A DNA stretch of 64,000 nt from Gemmatimonas sp. (GTDB lineage: Bacteria > Gemmatimonadota > Gemmatimonadetes > Gemmatimonadales > Gemmatimonadaceae). Each line of letters starts with the position of its first letter. Position 1 is the first letter of the stretch. A program made the translations under genes and the position numbers. The stretch covers positions 3,168,001 to 3,232,000 of the forward strand of contig OZ257156.1 in assembly GCA_965279375.1 (NCBI GenBank). The letters run 5' to 3'. This document shows, piece by piece, positions 49,545 to 59,111 of the stretch. The notes beneath the pieces are model-generated. The model saw only the letters and a program-made list of their open reading frames with translations, ran no database searches and had not been told where the DNA came from.

Positions 49545-49766
49545 TCAGCCCGTCTGTCCCTTGACGTACGGAAGCAGGGCGAGGAACCGCGCCTTCTTCA
49601 CGGCCTTGGACAGCTGACGCTGGTGACGCGCATCGACGCCGCTCAGACGGCTCGGCAGGATCTTGCCGTAATCCGTGATGAAACGGGCGAGGAGACGGTC
49701 GTCCTTGTAGTCCACGTAGCGGATGCCCGCTTCCGTGATCGGGCAGGGCTTCTTCTGTCGGCGCAT
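49545..49766 (-). CDS. rpsR: 30S ribosomal protein S18
   Basis: VDYKD..LL.RFI...GKILPSR, QRQL..AVKKAR..ALLPY. Confidence 0.97.
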   Translation of the reverse strand: MRRQKKPCPITEAGIRYVDYKDDRLLARFITDYGKILPSRLSGVDARHQRQLSKAVKKARFLALLPYVKGQTG

Positions 49767-49769
49767 GGG

Positions 49770-50162
49770 TTATTCCTCGTCGTCGTCGTCGTCATCACTG
49801 CGCCCACGGCGGGCAGCCAACTCTTCATCCGTCAGCTTCGGCGCGCCGAGCTCGTGCTCGTGCAGCGTGACGAGGTACCGCACCACGCCTTCATCCAGCT
49901 TCAGTGCGCGCTCGAACTCGGGCAGCACCTTCGGCTCGGCGTTGAAATGCGAGATGATGTAGTAGCCGTTCTCGTGACGACCGATCTTGTACGCGAGGGC
50001 CCGACGGCCCCAATGCTCGATTTCGGCCGGCTCCTTGAGTTCCAGGAGCGCCTGCACCTTATCCAGCTTCTCGACAATGGCCGTGTCTTCCAGCGCAGAG
50101 TCGTAGATGTACACCGCTTCGTACCGCCGCGATGCCTGGCGGCGGATCTTGAGCTTTGCCAC
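49770..50162 (-). CDS. rpsF: 30S ribosomal protein S6
   Basis: YEAVYI, WGRRALAYKI, GYY, acidic tail; GGAGG RBS before GTG. Confidence 0.95.
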   Translation of the reverse strand: MAKLKIRRQASRRYEAVYIYDSALEDTAIVEKLDKVQALLELKEPAEIEHWGRRALAYKIGRHENGYYIISHFNAEPKVLPEFERALKLDEGVVRYLVTLHEHELGAPKLTDEELAARRGRSDDDDDDEE

Positions 50163-50250
50163 TCGGCAATCCTCCCTATGGACTTGAGATGCCCCCCGCA
50201 GTGCCGTTCCGCAGGAGGAGGGGGCGCCGGAAGAAATCCGGCGCGGTAGA
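50163..50250 (-). promoter_or_regulatory. Possible S6:S18 autoregulatory leader
   Basis: Minus strand shows the hairpin ctcctgcgg/ctgcggggg followed by gtccatagggagg over the rpsF RBS. Confidence 0.35.
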
Positions 50251-50310
50251 ACCTAAAAACCTATTCGGGAGAGGGTCCGCGAGGCAAGGGACGAGGTTAT
50301 CTCTCTGTCC

Positions 50311-51015
50311 ATGTGCGGACGATACGGCTTCGGCAATCCTGCGCGGTTCGACGCGCTCGGCCTCGGCGTGGCCATGCCACCCCTGAGCCCTCGCTTCAAC
50401 GTGGCCCCGTCCCAGGCGGTCCCGCTCGTGGTGCAGGACGCGAGCGGGCGGCAGGGCGTCTTCGCCAAATGGGGGCTGGTCCCCGCCTGGGCCGACGAAC
50501 CCTCGATCGGCCACAAACTGGCCAACGCCCGCGGCGACACCGTCGCCACCAAGCCGTCCTTCCGGTCCGCCTTCAAGCAGCGCCGCGGCCTGATGCCCGC
50601 CGATCTGTTCTACGAGTGGCAGATCGTGCCCGGCCAAAAGACCAAGCAACCGTGGTGCATCCGATTTCCGGATCAGGCGCCTTTCCTGTTTGGCGCGATA
50701 TGGGAGCTGTGGCAGCCCAAGAACGATCCCATCGCCGAGCCCCTGCGTACCTGCGCGATCATCACCACTGATGCCAGTGCGGTCATGTCGAGTGTCCACG
50801 ACCGCATGCCGGTACTCATCGCATCCGCGGACGCCGACGAGTGGCTCGATCCGGCAACGCCGCCGGCACGTGCGCAGGCGCTGATTCGCTCATGGGAGGG
50901 GCCGCTGGAATTGCATCCGGTAAGCACCTGGCTCAACACGCCGCGCCATGACGACGCGAAGTGCGCCGAGCCGATCACGCTGTACAGCTACGACGAGCTG
51001 CACTTCACGGATTGA
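50311..51015 (+). CDS. SOS response-associated peptidase (SRAP/YedK/HMCES), abasic-site crosslinking protein
   Basis: N-terminal MCGRY, RFNVAPSQ, WGLVP.W, NAR, FYEW, HDRMPV. Confidence 0.95.
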   Translation: MCGRYGFGNPARFDALGLGVAMPPLSPRFNVAPSQAVPLVVQDASGRQGVFAKWGLVPAWADEPSIGHKLANARGDTVATKPSFRSAFKQRRGLMPADLFYEWQIVPGQKTKQPWCIRFPDQAPFLFGAIWELWQPKNDPIAEPLRTCAIITTDASAVMSSVHDRMPVLIASADADEWLDPATPPARAQALIRSWEGPLELHPVSTWLNTPRHDDAKCAEPITLYSYDELHFTD

Positions 51016-51030
51016 GCGCTAGCGGGACCG

Positions 51031-51864
51031 TTACTTGGAAGCGCTCGCCGTCTTCGCGTTGTGCTTGCGGAGATAGAGGTTCAGCGAGCCGATCGAGAGC
51101 TTCGACTTGAGCTGCACCATCACGCGAGCGTCGTCGTCGGTGATCCAGATCTCCGCTTTGCCGTTCTCGCTGAACAGCCCCTTGGTCTTGAACGTCGGCT
51201 GCAACACGACGGTCTTGAAGCTTCCGGCCGGCGTCTGAATCACCTCACGACGCACGACCTTGATGCGCACCGGATTGGCATCCGGATTGAAGTAGCGTGA
51301 GAACGAATAGGTCGCGCCGACCTCGAGGGGGATGGTGCGCACGAAATACAGGAACGAGCCGTCGTCGAGCGGATTGGCTACCGTCGGTTGTTCCGGCTTG
51401 TCGTTCTGCTGATACATGCCGCGCTCGGGGAACATCTCGTAGTGGCGCTTCGGCTTGTAGTTGCCTTCCTCGATGTCCTGATGGAAACGGCGCGACGTCA
51501 GCGTGGTCACGTCAAACCACGACTCGTACTTGTCGTTCACCTTGTAAAACGGCACGCTGCCACCCACGAGAAACATCGTGTGCCACGACGACTTGCCGCG
51601 CACGTCGGTGATGTCGAGCACTTCCATGCTGGCGCTGCCCACCTTGAGCGCACCGAACTTCACGTCGTACTCGAGCTTCTCGCCCACGAAGAACGGCACC
51701 TTCATCGCGTCGGTCGATACCCGCGCCCCGGCAGTGCTCGGGGCAAACGAGTCCACTACCTGCGCCGACAGCGCGGTCGCCGGCACGCTCAGCGCGAGTG
51801 TCGCGGAGAGCGCGAACCGGCGGAGCGCCGGGAGAGTCGGGAGGTTACGTGCTGCGAGAGCCAT
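51031..51864 (-). CDS. DUF3108 domain secreted protein
   Basis: PFFVGEKLEYDV, TPAGSFKT, IWITDD; signal peptide. Confidence 0.8.
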   Translation of the reverse strand: MALAARNLPTLPALRRFALSATLALSVPATALSAQVVDSFAPSTAGARVSTDAMKVPFFVGEKLEYDVKFGALKVGSASMEVLDITDVRGKSSWHTMFLVGGSVPFYKVNDKYESWFDVTTLTSRRFHQDIEEGNYKPKRHYEMFPERGMYQQNDKPEQPTVANPLDDGSFLYFVRTIPLEVGATYSFSRYFNPDANPVRIKVVRREVIQTPAGSFKTVVLQPTFKTKGLFSENGKAEIWITDDDARVMVQLKSKLSIGSLNLYLRKHNAKTASASK

Positions 51865-52020
51865 GAAGGCGGGGGCCAGAAGGCGAGAACCGTTGAGCAC
51901 CTGCTCCGCTACGGCATGGTGCGCATTCGCGCGACATGCTCCAGTGGACGCAACCATTACCCCTGCCGGTACAAAAAGGGCCGAGCCCAGCCCCGGAGGG
52001 TCACAACCATCGTAGCATTG

Positions 52021-53121
52021 CTACACGTTGAAGCGGAACAGCAGCACGTCACCATCCTGCACCACGTACTCCTTTCCTTCCGAGCGGACCACGCCCTTTT
52101 CCTTGGCCGTTTTCCAGCCGCTGTACGTGATGAAGTCCGCAAAGGATGCGGTTTCGGCGCGAATGAACCCGCGCTCGAAGTCGGTGTGGATGACGCCCGC
52201 CGCCTGTGGAGCGGTGAAGCCGCGATGGATCGTCCATGCCCGAACTTCCTTCTCACCTGCCGTGAAATACGTCTGCAGGCCGAGCAGGTGGTAACCGGCG
52301 AGAATCAGCCGGTCGAGGCCCGCTGTTTCGAGGCCCAGCGACGAGAGGAACTCCTTGCGCTCTTCCATCGGCAGCTCCGCCAGCTCCGCTTCGATCTTGG
52401 CAGAGAAGGGCACGATCTCCGAGTGTTCGCCCGTCGCGGCCACCGCTGCGCGCAACGCCACGAGGTACTTGCCTTCGTCCCCCGCCAACTCGGCGTCGGT
52501 CACGTTGGCCGCATACAGCACCGGCTTGGCGGTGATGAGCTGCATGTGCTGGAGCTTGGCCATCTGCTCGTCGGAGAGCCCCGCGCGCAGCAGCGGCTTG
52601 CCGTCGGAGAGCGCGGCGAATGCCGCTTCGAGCGCGGGCAGTTCCGCGAGCGCTTCCTTGTCCGCCGCCTTGGCCGAGCGCTTCACCTTGTCGAGTCGCT
52701 TCTCGACCGTGGCGAGATCGCTCAAGGCGAGCTCCAACTCGATGATTTCCTTGTCGCGCGCAGGATCGGGGCTGCCCATGACGTGCGTGACGTCCGGGTC
52801 CTCGAAGCAGCGGATCACGTGCACGATCGCGTCGGTCTCGCGGATATTCTGCAGGAACTTGTTGCCCAGCCCTTCACCCGCGGACGCGCCGGCGACGAGA
52901 CCCGCGATATCCACGAACTGCACGACGGCCGGGACCGTACGCTGCGGCTGCACGACGACGGCCAACTGGTCGAGGCGCGTGTCCGGCACTTCGACCATGC
53001 CCACGTTCGGCTCGACGGTGCAGAACGGATAGTTCGCAGCTTCGGCCTTCGCGGCAGTGAGCGCGTTGAACAACGTGGACTTGCCCACGTTGGGGAGACC
53101 GACGATACCAAGACGAAGCAC
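52021..53121 (-). CDS. ychF: Redox-regulated ATPase YchF
   Basis: GIVGLPNVGKSTLFNA, NYPFCTVEPN, DIAGLV, IHTDFERGFIRAE, FRFNV. Confidence 0.97.
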   Translation of the reverse strand: MLRLGIVGLPNVGKSTLFNALTAAKAEAANYPFCTVEPNVGMVEVPDTRLDQLAVVVQPQRTVPAVVQFVDIAGLVAGASAGEGLGNKFLQNIRETDAIVHVIRCFEDPDVTHVMGSPDPARDKEIIELELALSDLATVEKRLDKVKRSAKAADKEALAELPALEAAFAALSDGKPLLRAGLSDEQMAKLQHMQLITAKPVLYAANVTDAELAGDEGKYLVALRAAVAATGEHSEIVPFSAKIEAELAELPMEERKEFLSSLGLETAGLDRLILAGYHLLGLQTYFTAGEKEVRAWTIHRGFTAPQAAGVIHTDFERGFIRAETASFADFITYSGWKTAKEKGVVRSEGKEYVVQDGDVLLFRFNV

Positions 53122-53238
53122 GAGTCAGGAGGACGACGGGAATTGAAGTGCTGCGGCGGAACGCGCGTGGCGCGTGCCGCGAGACGTGACCAACGCCGAA
53201 ATCTAACGGCGGAGGGAATAGGGGAGCGGTCACACAAG

Positions 53239-53275
53239 AAACGGGGACGCCGGCAGCCTGCCCGCGTCCCCGTTT
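53239..53275. terminator. Intrinsic terminator hairpin after the M28 peptidase gene (possibly bidirectional)
   Basis: aaacggggacgc...gcgtccccgttt inverted repeat. Confidence 0.7.
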
Positions 53276-53297
53276 GTCCATCAGAACCTCCTGCTGC

Positions 53298-55019
53298 TTA
53301 CTGCTGGCAGGTGCCCTTCGGATTCGGCTTCGGCTGGTCCACCACCAGACGCGGTCCGCGATTGCCGATCGTCACGGCGAGATCGGCAACGAACTTGCCG
53401 ATGCGCGCCATGTGCGGGTAGTCGATGTATTGCGGCTCGTCGGTGAGCTGGTGGTAGTCGGAGTGACCACCCGTCGTGAAGAACGCGATGGGGATGCCGT
53501 AGCGCGCGTACTCGTAGTGATCGCTGCGGCAGTAGATGTTCATCGGGTGACCGTTCGCATCGAGCGACATGTCGAACGAGAGCTTATGCTTGCCCGAGAC
53601 GTTGACTTCGTCGATGAGATTGCCGAGCTCAGTCGAGAGACGGCGTGCGCCGATCACCTGCAGGTAGTCCGGATTGCCGTGCAGCACGGCGCCTTCCTTT
53701 GTGGCACCGGTCACGTCCCACGCGTTGCCACGGCCGACCATGTCCATGTTGAGCTGCGCGACGATGGAATCGCGCGAGACGGTCGGATGATCGGTGAACC
53801 ACTCCGATCCCCACAGGCCTTTCTCCTCACCCACGTGCCAGACGAATAGCGTCGAGCGCTTCGGCTTGGTCTTGAGTGAGGCCATGTACTCCGCGATTTC
53901 CAGCACGGCCACGGAGCCCGAGCCGTCGTCGTCCGCACCGTTGAAGATCGAGTCGGGACGCGCCGGGTGCGTCTTCCGCCACTCGGCCAGCTCCGCGTTG
54001 ATCTGCGTCTGCTGTTCCGGGGTGGGGCGCTTGTTGCCGTCCTCCGCGCCGCCCGGGCGCACGAGATGCGTGAGGATGCGCAGCGAGTCATGATCGACGA
54101 CGCGCGTGGTCATCCCGACGTGATCGTTGTGCGCGCCGACCGCGACGTACTGCGCCTTGAGCTTGGGATCGCTGCCGGGGAGAATCGCCACGACGTTGCG
54201 CGCCGGGAATTCGATGGGCACAACGGAGAGGACCGCGTTCACCGAGGACTTGGCGCCGAGCGTGCCGAGCTTGAGTTCGTTGAGGGGCGTGGTGAATAGC
54301 TTGGTGGCGGCACCCGCATTCACGAAGAGGCGCACGCCTTCCGACTCGCCGTCGTCCTTGAAGGTCGAGCTGTTCTTCAGGAAGTTGACGATCTGCGGCA
54401 GCACTGGCGGCGGCATGAGAATGACGACGCCCGCGGCACCGGTCGGCGTGAAACCACCGCCTACGACTGCGCGATTGATCGCTTCGTTGGTGAGGGGCAC
54501 GGTGAGCACCACCAGCTTGCCCGCCGCCTGTTCAGCGGTGAGCTGCAACGAATCACCCAACGCGCCGCCGTAGATCACGTCCACGTCGGCCTTGTTGAGA
54601 GTGGTGTTGCCCATCGGCATCCACTCGGTGCCGAAGGCCAGCGATGCACCGCCAGCGATGAAGCTCGACATCGGATCGATCGTGCGCTTCTTGAGCGGCA
54701 GCGTCTGGAAGTAGGTGCCATTCTCACCGGCCGGGACCAGACCGATGCGCTTGACCTCAGCGGCCAGGTAGTCGGTGCCCATGGTGTTGCCCTTCGTGCC
54801 CGCGTCGCGCCCCATCATCGAGTCGTCGGCGAAGATGTACAGGCGCGTCATCAGGTCTTCGACGGAGATCGCGGCCTTGGTGGGCTTGGGCGCGAGCTTG
54901 AGCGGCAGCGTGGTGGCCGGTGCCGGAATGATCGCGATCGGCGTGGCCTTGGCAGGTTCCTGCGCGGCCAGCAGCGTCGGGAGCAGCGCTGCTGCAGAGA
55001 GCAGTGAAAGTCGGTTCAT
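53298..55019 (-). CDS. M28 family aminopeptidase, secreted
   Basis: Signal peptide; GAHNDH, NGADDDGSG, GEEKGLWGS, NMDMVG, RSDH, DYH. Confidence 0.9.
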   Translation of the reverse strand: MNRLSLLSAAALLPTLLAAQEPAKATPIAIIPAPATTLPLKLAPKPTKAAISVEDLMTRLYIFADDSMMGRDAGTKGNTMGTDYLAAEVKRIGLVPAGENGTYFQTLPLKKRTIDPMSSFIAGGASLAFGTEWMPMGNTTLNKADVDVIYGGALGDSLQLTAEQAAGKLVVLTVPLTNEAINRAVVGGGFTPTGAAGVVILMPPPVLPQIVNFLKNSSTFKDDGESEGVRLFVNAGAATKLFTTPLNELKLGTLGAKSSVNAVLSVVPIEFPARNVVAILPGSDPKLKAQYVAVGAHNDHVGMTTRVVDHDSLRILTHLVRPGGAEDGNKRPTPEQQTQINAELAEWRKTHPARPDSIFNGADDDGSGSVAVLEIAEYMASLKTKPKRSTLFVWHVGEEKGLWGSEWFTDHPTVSRDSIVAQLNMDMVGRGNAWDVTGATKEGAVLHGNPDYLQVIGARRLSTELGNLIDEVNVSGKHKLSFDMSLDANGHPMNIYCRSDHYEYARYGIPIAFFTTGGHSDYHQLTDEPQYIDYPHMARIGKFVADLAVTIGNRGPRLVVDQPKPNPKGTCQQ

Positions 55020-55068
55020 CGATGGGATGGTGATGGACGTGCAGTAGTCGAGCAGTAGACAGAAAACG

Positions 55069-56385
55069 TCAGGGCGAGACAATCGGCGCCTTGTACACCA
55101 CACCGCCCTTCATGACAAACGCAACTTTGGCCAGCCTGGTTACATCGTCCAACGGGTTCCCCTGTACGGCCACGATATCGGCGAGCTTCCCGGCGCTGAC
55201 ACTGCCGATGTCCTTCTCGGCGCCCAAGAGCGTGGCCGCGTTCATGGTGCCGATGGTGATCGCGTCCATCGGTGTCGCGCCAAGGATGTCCACCATGTAC
55301 TTGAACTCCTCGCCATTGCGGCCGTGGATGTCGCTGGTGGCGTCGGTGCCCAGGGCGAACTTGACGCCGCTCTGATACGCCTTGCGCAGGCGGATACGGC
55401 GGTCACCGGCGATGGCTTTGGCCTTGGCGACGGAGTTGGCCGGCACGCCTTTACGAGCGCCGTCGGTGACGATCTCCTCGAGGATGATGAGCGTGGGCAC
55501 GAGATAGGTGCCGTGCTGCTTCATGAGGGCGATGCCTTCATCGTCCACGAGGCTGCCGTGCTCGATGCTGGCGACACCCGCGCGCACCGCGGCGTTGAGA
55601 CCTTCGCCGGCGTGCGCGTGCGCCATGACTTTGCGACCCAGTCGCGTGGCTTCGTCCACGACGGCCTTGAGTTCTTCATCGCTGAACTGCTTGGCGCCTA
55701 CGGCATCGCCGACCGAGAGAATACCGCCGGTGGCGACGACCTTGATCTGATCGGCGCCGTACTTGACGTTGAGTCGCACCTGCTTGCGTGCTTCGTCCAC
55801 GCCGTCGACGATCGCACCTGTGCCGGGAATCTTGAGCATCGGACTCCAGCCGTTCACGTCGGCATGGCCACCCGTGCTGCCGAGTGCGGGGCCGGCCGCG
55901 TGAATGCGCGGGCCGGGGATGAGACCGCGATTGACCGCGTCGCGCACGACCGCGTCCACGTAGTCGGTGCTGCCCGCTTCGCGCACGGTGGTGAAGCCGG
56001 CGTCGAGTGCTTTCTTCGCGTTGATGGTGGCGTAGATCGCCCCATGTGCCGCGGTTTCCTTGAGCACCGCCAGGTCGCCGCCATCGTTGTCGATGGAGGT
56101 GAGATGCGTGTGCATGTCGATGAAGCCCGGGAGCAGGGTATATCCCGTGAGGTCGACGACTTTGGCGCCGGCGGGAATCTTCACCTGTGCTGCGGTACCG
56201 ACGGCGGTGATCCGTTCGCCGTCGATGAGCACGACCGGCGAGGCGACCTGCGTGCCGTCGCCGATGATGAGTCGTGACGCCTTGATGGCGGTGACGGGAC
56301 CGGCAGCGGGTCGTTGAGCCAGCGCGGGCGTCGCGGCCAGCAGCAGCGACGCGGCGAGACGAAGTGCGGAGCGAAGTGGGTGCAT
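55069..56385 (-). CDS. Amidohydrolase family protein (Xaa-Pro dipeptidase-like), secreted
   Basis: PGFIDMHTH, GFTTVR, MAHAH, SIEHG, GTD, GKLAD. Confidence 0.9.
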   Translation of the reverse strand: MHPLRSALRLAASLLLAATPALAQRPAAGPVTAIKASRLIIGDGTQVASPVVLIDGERITAVGTAAQVKIPAGAKVVDLTGYTLLPGFIDMHTHLTSIDNDGGDLAVLKETAAHGAIYATINAKKALDAGFTTVREAGSTDYVDAVVRDAVNRGLIPGPRIHAAGPALGSTGGHADVNGWSPMLKIPGTGAIVDGVDEARKQVRLNVKYGADQIKVVATGGILSVGDAVGAKQFSDEELKAVVDEATRLGRKVMAHAHAGEGLNAAVRAGVASIEHGSLVDDEGIALMKQHGTYLVPTLIILEEIVTDGARKGVPANSVAKAKAIAGDRRIRLRKAYQSGVKFALGTDATSDIHGRNGEEFKYMVDILGATPMDAITIGTMNAATLLGAEKDIGSVSAGKLADIVAVQGNPLDDVTRLAKVAFVMKGGVVYKAPIVSP

Positions 56386-56395
56386 GGGACGAAAG

Positions 56396-56968
56396 CTACC
56401 GCCCCATCGCACTCACCGCCTTCTCCGTGCCGTCGGTCAGCCACAGTTCGATGGCCTTCACCATGCGTTCATACTGCGCCTCCACCAACTCGCGCTCATC
56501 ACGCGGCATGGTGTGCAGCACGAAGTCGGCGAGGTCGCCGATCGTGCGCCGCTCGTCCACCGGGCGAATGCCGATTCGCAGTCGTGGATAGGCGGCCGAC
56601 TTGAGATGCGCCTCGATGCTCTTGAGGCCATTGTGTCCGCCGGGGCTGCCGGCGGCGCGCAGGCGATACTCGCCGGCAGGGACGGCCACTTCATCGACGA
56701 TGACCATGAGGTCCTGCGCGGCGTTGAAGCCTTCGCGTTTGAGATACGGGCGCAGCACGCTACCGCTCAGGTTCATGTACGTCTGCGGCTTGACGAGCCG
56801 CACTTTCTTGGTGCCCACGAGCCCTGTCGAGGTGAGCGCTTCGCCATCCTTGCGCCACGCGTCGAAGTGCCAGGTGCGTGCGAGATGATCGACGAGCCAC
56901 CAGCCGACGTTGTGGCGGGTGTCCTCGTACTCGCGGCCGGGATTGCCGAGTCCAACGATGACTTTCAT
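56396..56968 (-). CDS. pth: Peptidyl-tRNA hydrolase
   Basis: VGLGNPG, TRHNVG, KPQTYMNLSG, GGHNGLKSI. Confidence 0.97.
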   Translation of the reverse strand: MKVIVGLGNPGREYEDTRHNVGWWLVDHLARTWHFDAWRKDGEALTSTGLVGTKKVRLVKPQTYMNLSGSVLRPYLKREGFNAAQDLMVIVDEVAVPAGEYRLRAAGSPGGHNGLKSIEAHLKSAAYPRLRIGIRPVDERRTIGDLADFVLHTMPRDERELVEAQYERMVKAIELWLTDGTEKAVSAMGR

Positions 56969-57061
56969 GCGGGGAAGACGCGCGGGGCGCGGTACGCGCC
57001 AGCGTGGAGTGACCATGCTGAGTGCGGACCGCGCCCCGTCGTGAAGAAGAACGACGACGAC

Positions 57062-57703
57062 TTACTTCGTGTCGTCCGGCTTGACCTTACGAATGAGCTC
57101 AGGCTCGGCGATGCTGCTCTCCGAGGTGGCCGCTTCGATGCTGGCACGCGACTGACCGATGACGCAGACCGTGGCGCCGGCATCGTCGAGCACCTTGATG
57201 CCCGCGGGGAGCACGAGGTCGGCGACGTGCAGCGACTTGCCGACGTGCAGGCCCGTGACATCGACGTCGATGTGGTTCGGGATGTTGGACGGATCGACCG
57301 AGATGTGCAGCTGGTGCATGACCTGGTCGAGGATGCCGCCTTCGGTGCGCACGCCGTACGGAACGCCGACGTACACGATCGGGCAATGCACGTTGATCGT
57401 CTCACCAGTCACCAGCTCCTGGAAGTCGATGTGCATGATCTGCTTCTTGAACGGGTGGCGCTGCACTTCGCGGATGAGCGTCTTGGAGACGGCACCATCG
57501 ATATTGAGCTCGATCACCGTGGCGCCCGTCGAGATACGCTGCAGGAGACGGTCGGTCTCGCGCGCATTGATGGTGAGCGACATCGGCTGACGGCCATGGC
57601 CGTAGATGACGGCGGGAATGCTGCCGGCCTGGCGGAGCTTACGGGCCGCGCCCTTTCCGTTCTCGGAGCGGGCGGTGGCGTTGAGGGTAGCGCTTGCGGT
57701 CAT
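57062..57703 (-). CDS. rplY: 50S ribosomal protein L25 / general stress protein Ctc (long form)
   Basis: GKGAARKLR..G.IPAVIYG, Q.HP, HIDF, GG.L. Confidence 0.95.
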   Translation of the reverse strand: MTASATLNATARSENGKGAARKLRQAGSIPAVIYGHGRQPMSLTINARETDRLLQRISTGATVIELNIDGAVSKTLIREVQRHPFKKQIMHIDFQELVTGETINVHCPIVYVGVPYGVRTEGGILDQVMHQLHISVDPSNIPNHIDVDVTGLHVGKSLHVADLVLPAGIKVLDDAGATVCVIGQSRASIEAATSESSIAEPELIRKVKPDDTK

Positions 57704-57812
57704 GCGAATATCCTGTGTGTGATAAGGTGGCGCGGGAGTAGCGACTGGTTGCCGTCCCGCCGCTCGACTACGGACACTTCACCTGCAACTGCAACAACAC
57801 CTGCAATCTCGA

Positions 57813-58763
57813 CTACTCGAACAGCACGCTGACCGACTGGTCGGCGTTGGTAAAGCGAATGGCTTTCGCCAGCAGCTCGCCCACGGACAGCACGCGCAGC
57901 GACGGGAAGCGACGCTCCGCGGGAAGATTGATGGAATCGGTGACGACGACTTCGGTGATGGGCGCATTGGCGAGGCGCTCGACGGCCGGACCGCTGAAGA
58001 GCGCGTGCGTGGCGCACACATAGATGTCGTTGGCGCCCAGCTTCTTGAGCGCGCGCGCGGCCTCGGACACGGTACCGGCGGTGTCGATCATGTCGTCGGG
58101 GATCAGGCAATCGCGTCCCTCGACGTCTCCGACGACGTTCACGACTTCGGCCACATTGGCCTTGGGGCGACGCTTGTCGATGATGGCGAAGGTGGCGTCG
58201 AGGCGCTTGGCGAATCCGCGGGCCATCTTGGCGGAGCCGACATCGGGCGCGACGACGCAGAGGTCCTTGAGGCCCTTGCGACGGAAGTAGTTCGTGAAGA
58301 CCGGCGCGGCGTACAAGTGATCCACCGGCACGTCGAAGAAGCCCTGTAGCTGGTGCGCGTGCAGATCGAGGCCGAGGACGCGATCTGCGCCGGCCTTTTC
58401 GATCATGTTGGCAATCAGCTTGGCGCCGATCGCGACGCGCGGCTGATCCTTGCGGTCCTGTCGGGCGTAGCCGAAGTAGGGCAGGACCGCGGTGACGCGG
58501 GCGGCCGAGGCGCGTCGCGCGGCGTCGATCAGCAGCAGCATCTCGAGCACGTTCTCTGCCGGCGGATTCGTGGACTGCACCACGAAGACGTCCGCACCGC
58601 GGATGTTCTCGTCGATGCGCACGAAGATCTCACCATCCGCGAAGCGCGAGCACGTCACCTTGCACGCTTCGACTCCAAGGTGGCGGGCCACCTCATCGAC
58701 GAGCGGTTGGTTGGACGTACCCGAGAGGATCTTGAAGCCACGCGACGAGGAGAGCCCGTCCAT
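57813..58763 (-). CDS. prs: Ribose-phosphate pyrophosphokinase
   Basis: FADGEI, PYFGYARQDRK, DLHA.QLQGFF, DDMIDTAGT. Confidence 0.97.
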   Translation of the reverse strand: MDGLSSSRGFKILSGTSNQPLVDEVARHLGVEACKVTCSRFADGEIFVRIDENIRGADVFVVQSTNPPAENVLEMLLLIDAARRASAARVTAVLPYFGYARQDRKDQPRVAIGAKLIANMIEKAGADRVLGLDLHAHQLQGFFDVPVDHLYAAPVFTNYFRRKGLKDLCVVAPDVGSAKMARGFAKRLDATFAIIDKRRPKANVAEVVNVVGDVEGRDCLIPDDMIDTAGTVSEAARALKKLGANDIYVCATHALFSGPAVERLANAPITEVVVTDSINLPAERRFPSLRVLSVGELLAKAIRFTNADQSVSVLFE

Positions 58764-59111
58764 GCGAGTGAATCCCTGAGAAGGCAAGGCGTCGATACCG
58801 GAGCATAGCGAAGGGGGCGGAGTGTCACCGGTACCTCGTTGGTGAGGCGCGGCGTCTCCGTCCCGGAACATTGCAGCCTTTAAAAGTAGCCTCACCGCGC
58901 TCTGACCGGGAGTGGCAAACTCAGCCGGGAAAGGCTTTCTGCGGGCTGCGCAGGAGCGTCTGGCGAGAGGAACGGAGCGGCCGGACCGTGCCAGCTCCGT
59001 GACAGCGTCGTGGCGTTCCAGAGACCGCTTGATAACCCGACGCGCCGAGACTCCGCCGGCTTACGCAGGTCGTCCCTCTCGTCATCAGTCGGCTCCCCAA
59101 ATCGCACCCGA

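Noticed and set aside
49545..50162. Missing ssb/priB between rpsF and rpsR, and S18 with only one zinc-ribbon Cys
   Set aside because: Both states are common in many phyla.
50311..51015. SRAP gene as part of a defence or prophage module, or as a partner of the UDG-like gene
   Set aside because: It is a standalone gene about 30 kb from the glycosylase, among housekeeping genes, with no linkage evidence.
56983..57038. Long imperfect hairpin between rplY and pth
   Set aside because: It has no clear U-tract or known motif and is most likely a generic intergenic stem-loop.
58905..58960. GGCAAAC...GAAA... segment resembling a c-di-GMP-I riboswitch upstream of the TonB receptor
   Set aside because: The downstream GACGCAAAG and P3 elements are not recognisable; an Infernal search would be needed.
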